Source: Candidatus Methanomethylicia archaeon
Lineage (GTDB): Archaea > Thermoproteota > Methanomethylicia > CALHIW01
Direction of reading: 5' to 3'
Assembly (NCBI GenBank): GCA_038845975.1
Contig: JAWBQF010000038.1
Location: 1-21,948 of the forward strand
DNA: 21,948 nt
Within the stretch, counting starts at the first letter, position 1. Each line of letters opens with the position of its first letter. The translations under genes and the position numbers were made by a program. Of this stretch, positions 16,791 to 21,948 are shown one piece after another. The notes beneath the pieces were generated by a model that searched no databases, was not told where the DNA came from, and saw only the letters and a list, made by a program, of their open reading frames with translations.

Positions 16791-17442
16791 GTTTCACCAC
16801 CCTTTTTCTAATGTATCGACCTCTACTTCTTATTTCATTTATTTTTAATAATACTGATTTACTCATATTTACACCAGAAATTCTACTGTATCCTTCAATT
16901 ATATATTTGAAGCAGTCTTTAGCTATGTTGTAATGTGTGCTTTCTAAAGCTCGCATCATTAGGTGTAAATCAACACCTCTAGCTTCAATATCATATGTAA
17001 ATTCGCCAAGTCCAAAGTCTATTAAAAATATATGTCCTGACTCATGTAAAATCATATTAGATGTTGTTAAATCACCATGTATAATTCCGTTTTCATGAAG
17101 TAAAGCTATTAACTCACCTATTTTTAAGCATACTTCCTTTTGAATTAAGCCATTAAAACTTGGGAAAAGTTCCTTTAATCTTTGCCCCTTAATATACTCC
17201 ATTATAATTATTGAATCATTGATATTTACATAGTATACTATAGGTGTTGGAACCCCAATGGATCTTGCAGCTGTTAATAGTTTTGCTTCACGTATTGTCC
17301 TAGAAGTTCTTATAAGTAGATCTAGCTTTGAATCTCTATATTTTTTAGATGTTCTAACCTTCTTGATAGCCTCAACACCAAACCACTTAATAAGATACAG
17401 GTAAGCTTCAGCTCCTATTCCTAGTAGTTTCTCAAAATTCAT
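16786..17442 (-). CDS. bud32: KEOPS kinase/ATPase Bud32
   Basis: GAEA, K-x-R-x-x-K-x-YR, RTIREAKLL, HGDLTTSN, IDFGL, VDLHL, IRSRGRY. ATG 17442 forms an ATGA overlap with the kae1 stop. Confidence 0.93.
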   Translation of the reverse strand: MNFEKLLGIGAEAYLYLIKWFGVEAIKKVRTSKKYRDSKLDLLIRTSRTIREAKLLTAARSIGVPTPIVYYVNINDSIIIMEYIKGQRLKELFPSFNGLIQKEVCLKIGELIALLHENGIIHGDLTTSNMILHESGHIFLIDFGLGEFTYDIEARGVDLHLMMRALESTHYNIAKDCFKYIIEGYSRISGVNMSKSVLLKINEIRSRGRYIRKRVVKH

Positions 17443-18446
17443 AGCCTCCAAGGTATATCTACCTCGTCAAGACGCCATTTAGGTTTAATTGTTGACTTTT
17501 CAATTGGAATGGTTATGCCATGTTTATATGCTAAAACTCCTGTCCATGCTATCATAGCTCCATTATCTCCAGCATACTCTGATGGAACCACGTAAAACTT
17601 AACTTTACGTTCTTCGCAGACTGACTGAAGCATTGACTGAAGAAGTTTACTTCTAGCATTACCTCCAGTAAGTAAAACTTCTTTTTTTCCAGTATGGGCT
17701 AATGCACGTTCAGCAACCTCAATAAGCATTGCTGATGCTGTCATATAAAAGCTATAAGCAACATCTTTCCAGAAAAATCCTTCTTGGATTTTTTTAAGAG
17801 CAGCTGTTAGAAGACCACTATAACTTATATCTTGTCCTTTAACTATATAGGGAAGCTCTACAAAATTCCCGCCTTCGATTGATATGCGGTCAAGAGGATG
17901 AAGATCAGTGGGTTTAGGATATGGAAAATTAAGGTTTCTTGAAAACACATCTATACAGTTCCCGTAGGCTATGTCTAATGTCTCACCAAAAATCCTATAT
18001 TTACCAGCATCAAAAGCACTAATTATAGTATTACCTCCAGAAACATAAATTACGAGTGGATCGTAACATTTAGATATTAAACGGCCGATTTCTATATGGG
18101 CGACGCAGTGGTTTACAGGTATGTATGGTTTTTTAAGTGTTAATGCTATAGCTCTAGCAATTGTTGCTCCAGATCTTAAACATGGACCTAGCCCAGGTCC
18201 TTGAGAAAAAGCAATAGCATTAATATCATCTTTTTTAATTTCTGCCTTCCTTAAAGCTGAGGCTACGACTTTATATGCTACGGCACTATGATGTCTTGAT
18301 GCTTCTCTTGGATGTATTCCACCTTCCTTTGGTATATATACTGAGCTTTCATTAGCTAAGATTCTTCCATCCTCCGAAACAATACCGCAACCAAATGTAT
18401 GTGCTGTAGACTCGATGCCAAGGACAATGCATTTTTGGGAACACAT
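17439..18446 (-). CDS. kae1: tRNA N6-adenosine threonylcarbamoyltransferase Kae1
   Basis: LGIESTAHT, GGIHPREA, GPGLGPCL, NHCVAHIEIG, YVSGGNT, GETLDIA, DNGAMIAW, WRLDEV. Confidence 0.96.
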   Translation of the reverse strand: MCSQKCIVLGIESTAHTFGCGIVSEDGRILANESSVYIPKEGGIHPREASRHHSAVAYKVVASALRKAEIKKDDINAIAFSQGPGLGPCLRSGATIARAIALTLKKPYIPVNHCVAHIEIGRLISKCYDPLVIYVSGGNTIISAFDAGKYRIFGETLDIAYGNCIDVFSRNLNFPYPKPTDLHPLDRISIEGGNFVELPYIVKGQDISYSGLLTAALKKIQEGFFWKDVAYSFYMTASAMLIEVAERALAHTGKKEVLLTGGNARSKLLQSMLQSVCEERKVKFYVVPSEYAGDNGAMIAWTGVLAYKHGITIPIEKSTIKPKWRLDEVDIPWRL

Positions 18447-18463
18447 TTTTACGTACCTTAAAA

Positions 18464-18622
18464 TTATAGAAATTCAGTATAGCTACATTTACCACAAGCA
18501 AAGCGTTTTACTGGAATTTCATGTTTAGCCATAATTGCTCCACAACGTGGACATATTTTATTTTTCAATCTAACATTACCCTTTAAGTAATCTACATCGT
18601 ATCTCTTATATGCAGTAGCCAT
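18464..18622 (-). CDS. rps27ae: 30S ribosomal protein S27ae (eS31), 52 aa; absent from the ORF track
   Basis: Hand translation: [57 protein letters not shown]...CGKC Zn finger, gaggt SD, located between rps24e and kae1. Confidence 0.95.
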   Translation of the reverse strand: MATAYKRYDVDYLKGNVRLKNKICPRCGAIMAKHEIPVKRFACGKCSYTEFL

Positions 18623-18638
18623 CTAATATCTACCTCTT

Positions 18639-18989
18639 TTAAGATTTCTTTCCCTTAAAATTTTTTCTTTTAATCTCTTCGATATACTTTTTACGCTCAT
18701 CAGGCTTAAGATTTCTTATTTTAATATGAGTTGGTACTATTTTTGCAGCAACATCATTAGTATCATATATATGCACAATCCCTCTTGATATGCCACATCC
18801 AAATCTGGTATCTATACTATAGACATATACCTGCTCTAGAGGTACGTTAAAATTCAATGAGAAATACTCTCTTATAGAATACCTTGATGGAGTGCCTGCA
18901 TTTTTATGATGTACTATGAACTCTACTTCTCTTCTTCCTAGTAGTGGATTAACACGTTCATTCATTACTTGGCATTTAAGCACTGACAT
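18639..18989 (-). CDS. rps24e: 30S ribosomal protein S24e
   Basis: NPLLGRREV, GTPSR, TRFGCGISRG, HIYD. Confidence 0.93.
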   Translation of the reverse strand: MSVLKCQVMNERVNPLLGRREVEFIVHHKNAGTPSRYSIREYFSLNFNVPLEQVYVYSIDTRFGCGISRGIVHIYDTNDVAAKIVPTHIKIRNLKPDERKKYIEEIKRKNFKGKKS

Positions 18990-19169
18990 ATTGAGTCACT
19001 TTACTTCAAGTAAAAGATTCTAAATTTAAAAATTTAACGATAAATAATGTATCTAAAATTATTTTAGTTAGTAGATAATGAACAATTATAGTTTAAAGTG
19101 ATTTCAGAATATTTAACTTTATGATAGTTGTAAAATCAATTTCCAGAAATATTTTTAATAAGTACTAAA

Positions 19170-19382
19170 CTAGTAAACTTTTATTGCATATTTTCCATTT
19201 GCATTCTTTTTTAATTTTTTAGCTACTTCAGAGTTATCCTTATCAAGTATTATAATAAGTCCTTCATACTCGATTGAAAAATTTACTGATCCACAAACAG
19301 GACACTTAACAACTCCGCTTTCTACAAGATAATTACACTTTCTACATGCTTTAAATGTTATGACTTGGCCCTTCTTAGACAT
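19170..19382 (-). CDS. spt4: Transcription elongation factor Spt4 (RpoE'')
   Basis: KACRKC...CPVCGS, EGLIIILD, SEVAK, GKYAIKV. Confidence 0.93.
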   Translation of the reverse strand: MSKKGQVITFKACRKCNYLVESGVVKCPVCGSVNFSIEYEGLIIILDKDNSEVAKKLKKNANGKYAIKVY

Positions 19383-19403
19383 AAATTAATACTTAATTTT
19401 GGT

Positions 19404-19419
19404 TTATTAAAGTTTATTA
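19404..19419 (-). promoter_or_regulatory. Putative TATA box for a (near-)leaderless spt4 transcript
   Basis: Minus strand reads taataaac-tttaataa, with the box 22-29 nt upstream of the ATG at 19382. No SD is visible. Confidence 0.4.
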
Positions 19420-19692
19420 TTAGACTAAAGGTATAGTATATTACCATTAATTTAATTGCACTTGTTAAAAACCAGTTAAGTTAAATCCTTTATTTCTTTC
19501 ATTTATATAGTATTTTGAAAAGCTTTCGCCATAGCAAACTAATGAATACTTCATATTTTAGGTTAATGGTCAATTTAAAAAGCCGCCAATTAATTCATTC
19601 CTTTTTAGCATAGATAATCGACAGACAACTAACTGATTGCTTGTGTTTGTTTTGTTTGCATCTAGTGTTTACGTGTTTTTATGTTAGGTTGT

Positions 19693-19712
19693 AAGGCTTT
19701 GTTAACTTAAGC
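19693..19712. repeat. Family-A terminal inverted repeat copy
   Basis: aaggctttgttaacttaagc is the exact reverse complement of 108-127. The next ~30 bp resemble the interior of 6672-6731. Confidence 0.75.
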
Positions 19713-19757
19713 CATTTATTGCATATACTTATCATATCTAAGTGGCTCCATAAGTAT

Positions 19758-20043
19758 TATAGCTGATTAGATTGATCCTTCCCTCTAGTCTCAATTATAG
19801 ACGTTGGAAAGAAAGTTGCACCAATATGTTGAGTTATTCCCCCAGCCTCTCTTAAAGCTACACTAGTCCCTCTAATTTTATCCAATAAAGGTCCTGAACT
19901 AGTATTGAAGAGTACGTATTTAGAGGGGGAAAAATGCTTCCACACATACTTACTCCCTCCAACTTATACTCCCCAATATCCTAGAGAAAACACTTAAAAT
20001 TACTTAATTTACAATAGAAAATCATATAGCTGATTAGATTGAT
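19758..20043. repeat. Perfect 19-bp direct repeat pair (19758-19776 and 20025-20043) enclosing 248 bp
   Basis: tatagctgattagattgat occurs at both positions. Confidence 0.9.
19787..19888 (-). pseudogene. infB: Isolated fragment of translation initiation factor aIF5B/IF-2 (G-domain, switch I)
   Basis: [34 protein letters not shown]. Similarity is lost on both sides; the GHVDxGKT P-loop and the DTPG motif are absent. Confidence 0.9.
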
Positions 20044-20046
20044 TTA

Positions 20047-20816
20047 CTAATTGTTAGATTAGTAGTTCTTGTATGTGTGGCGATTTTGGTTATGTAGACT
20101 TTTTATAGTTATTAGGGTGTTTACTCATAATTGGCTTTATGTATATAGCCTTATAGAGATCATTCTATATTAGCTTTTCACGGTTTTACTAAGGCTTTTA
20201 GCTTATTGGAAAGGATTTAGGAGTTAGTAGGGTTTGATGATTGCTTCCTTGTTCTGATTATATAATCTTGATAGACTTCTAGCTGTAGGGCTAAGTTAGT
20301 AATGCATTATTGAGTAGTAGCATGATTGTTGGTGTATATGTTACATTAATATGAATGGTAATTTAACTATATTTATAGATTTTATGGTATCCTGGTATCG
20401 ATAAGCCTACTACTGTAAGACTAGAATAAGTATTTTAGGAAATGGTTTAAGACTAAGGAAAGAAGACTTAACTCTAAATCTATTTAATAGCTGGTATTTC
20501 ATTATAAAGAATTTTTAAGTCTATAGGAAGTCCAGCTAGCCCTTCTATAAGATTAAGTAGGCTTACAAATCTTAATGAAACCAGTTAAGCTGATAAGCTT
20601 CATAAACATACCATCAAATTAATAATTCATCAAGAAATACTCTATGGTGAAATACTTAGGATATCAGAAAGGACTGTAAATACTGATTACTAATAAGCTT
20701 AATACAAATATTCATAGGGCTAAAGCTAAACAAAATTAAGATAGAAATAAGCTAGTACTAAGCAAAATCCATAACAATACAACACAATTAAACTTTAGAG
20801 TAAAACTAACAGTACC
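20047..20816 (+). mobile_element. Highly decayed IS5-like transposase relic (boundaries approximate)
   Basis: Fragments in the expected order: PYRD (20149-20160), HGFTKAF, LPCSDYIIL (~PDYSTL, 20244-20270), IFID (~20380), LYG (~20640), RAKAKQN...LVLSKIHN. Left half G/T-rich, right half A/C-rich. Candidate end taaaactaacagtacc at 20801-20816. Confidence 0.45.
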
Positions 20817-21071
20817 AACATACGACTCCTATATGAATACTCTATGAATAGATTACAAATTTTTATGTTTGGAAACTAATCTTGTAAACATTAATAGATA
20901 ATGAATAATAATTTTTAATTAACACTAACTATGCATTAAGGTATATTGTAAAAACTTAAAATGCCATAGCTCACATCATATAAAATTTATATGTATCTAT
21001 GTTTATAGCCCAGAAACTCAAAAAAGAGATCAATATTATGATTAGTCTATAGAAAGATAAGATTGTACTAT

Positions 21072-21668
21072 CTATTTATGTAAGTTAACTTTCTTTTTAG
21101 CTTCAGGTGTTGCTTTCTTAATCCTTAATAGATCTTCTTCTATCCACTCCAGCTTCCCAAAAAATGGCTGGCGCATAGTTAAGCCTATCTTTGTAGCACG
21201 GGGGCCTGATTCACTTAACCCAACACTAACTATTCTTGCTCTTACTTTATCACCAACAGTTATTGATCGACCAGTATTTTTACCATGTAATACTTTTTGT
21301 TTATTATCAAATGAAAAATGATCATCAGCGACCTGTGATATATGAATCAATCCATCAAGGGGGCCTAACCTTACAAAAACTCCGAAATCAACGACTTCTA
21401 CAACTTCAGCTTCTATAACTTCCTGTATGATCGGACTAAAAGTTAAAACTTTAAACCTAACTTTATGATATGTTGCACCATCTCCCTGGATAATTTTACC
21501 TATTGGTGAGACTTTAATATTTAAGATTGCAATTATAACCCCTAACTCTCTATCAACTTTCCCAATATATTTTTCATTTAAAATCATTCTTGCTATTTGG
21601 TTAAGATTTCCAAATGCATTACTGGGGGGTATCCTTATAACGTCTATAACTGTACATATATAGAACAA
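21072..21668 (-). CDS. rpoE1: DNA-directed RNA polymerase subunit Rpo7 (RpoE')
   Basis: DVIRIPP, GKIIQGDGATYH, FGVFVRLGPLDGLIHISQV (S1 domain), KIGLTMRQPFFGKLEWI. TTG start with ggagg SD. Confidence 0.96.
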   Translation of the reverse strand: MFYICTVIDVIRIPPSNAFGNLNQIARMILNEKYIGKVDRELGVIIAILNIKVSPIGKIIQGDGATYHKVRFKVLTFSPIIQEVIEAEVVEVVDFGVFVRLGPLDGLIHISQVADDHFSFDNKQKVLHGKNTGRSITVGDKVRARIVSVGLSESGPRATKIGLTMRQPFFGKLEWIEEDLLRIKKATPEAKKKVNLHK

Positions 21669-21811
21669 TAATTTAACCCTCCATAGATTATTTAAATCGC
21701 ATAATATAAGCCATTTATAAATTTTTCTTTAAAAATGGAGGTAGCATATGAACTTGAGACGTCAACCTATTTATGCTTTTCATATATAAAGTTGATAGAA
21801 CACTACCTACT

Positions 21812-21948
21812 TGTTCTGTTAGTTTTATAAGTTTTATTTATGTGTTCTTGGACCTGGCAGCTTAAGCTCATTTTCTAGGTGGTTGTAGATTGTATGAATA
21901 GTTTATGAGTTCTAGTATTCATTTTTCTCTTATCTATGATTTTATTTA
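21812..21948. mobile_element. Possible left end of another degenerate IS running off the window
   Basis: tgttctgttagtttta (21812-21827) matches revcomp(20801-20816), ggtactgttagtttta, at 14/16. It is followed by G/T-rich non-coding DNA. Confidence 0.3.

Noticed and set aside
19757-19945. 62-aa ORF as a real gene
   Set aside because: It is a chance frame containing the infB fragment. Its N- and C-terminal parts are unrelated to IF-2 and the P-loop is missing.
19758-20043. 19-bp repeats as a CRISPR mini-array
   Set aside because: There are only two copies, the repeat is too short, the 248-bp interval is far too long for a spacer, and no cas genes are present.
13106-20589. aaaccagttaa recurring at ~13106, ~19469 and ~20578
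   Set aside because: An 11-12-bp AT-rich word with no consistent position relative to genes and unrelated flanks.
1-21948. tRNA, rRNA or other structured RNA genes
   Set aside because: No GC-rich island, T-loop (GTTCRAATC) or cloverleaf was seen in any intergenic gap. Small box C/D RNAs cannot be excluded by eye.

Overview
AT-rich archaeal chromosomal window, most consistent with a TACK-type archaeon (separate Kae1 and Bud32, short RFC-L, GGTGA/GGAGG Shine-Dalgarno sites, many GTG/TTG starts). The exact lineage cannot be fixed from the sequence alone. Most of the window is conserved information-processing genes: rpl15e-COG1325-rpp30-rpp14; serA-like; rfcS-rfcL; a TOPRIM protein; a radical SAM protein; and the long minus-strand block rpoE1...spt4-rps24e-rps27ae-kae1-bud32-ham1-rps15-DHH(GAN/Cdc45-like)-pcc1-rps3ae. 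The unusual parts are as follows. (1) A coupled two-gene unit joins a threonine-synthase-like PLP enzyme to a fold-III decarboxylase whose motifs resemble a short arginine decarboxylase more than LysA, a candidate new amine/polyamine pathway, next to a decayed IS1595 element. (2) A family of ~60-bp miniature inverted-repeat elements shares the end GGCTTTGTKAACTTAAG, and there is a second, unrelated 111-bp MITE. (3) A stop-free 34-codon piece of the aIF5B/infB G-domain lies between perfect 19-bp direct repeats, in a 1.7-kb IS-debris gap between rpoE1 and spt4. (4) The HAM1/RdgB gene has no ATG/GTG/TTG at its real N-terminus and probably starts at ATT. (5) L15e is C-terminally truncated. The ORF track missed rps27ae and the N-terminal half of HAM1. 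All family calls come from motif recognition by eye; no database search was run.
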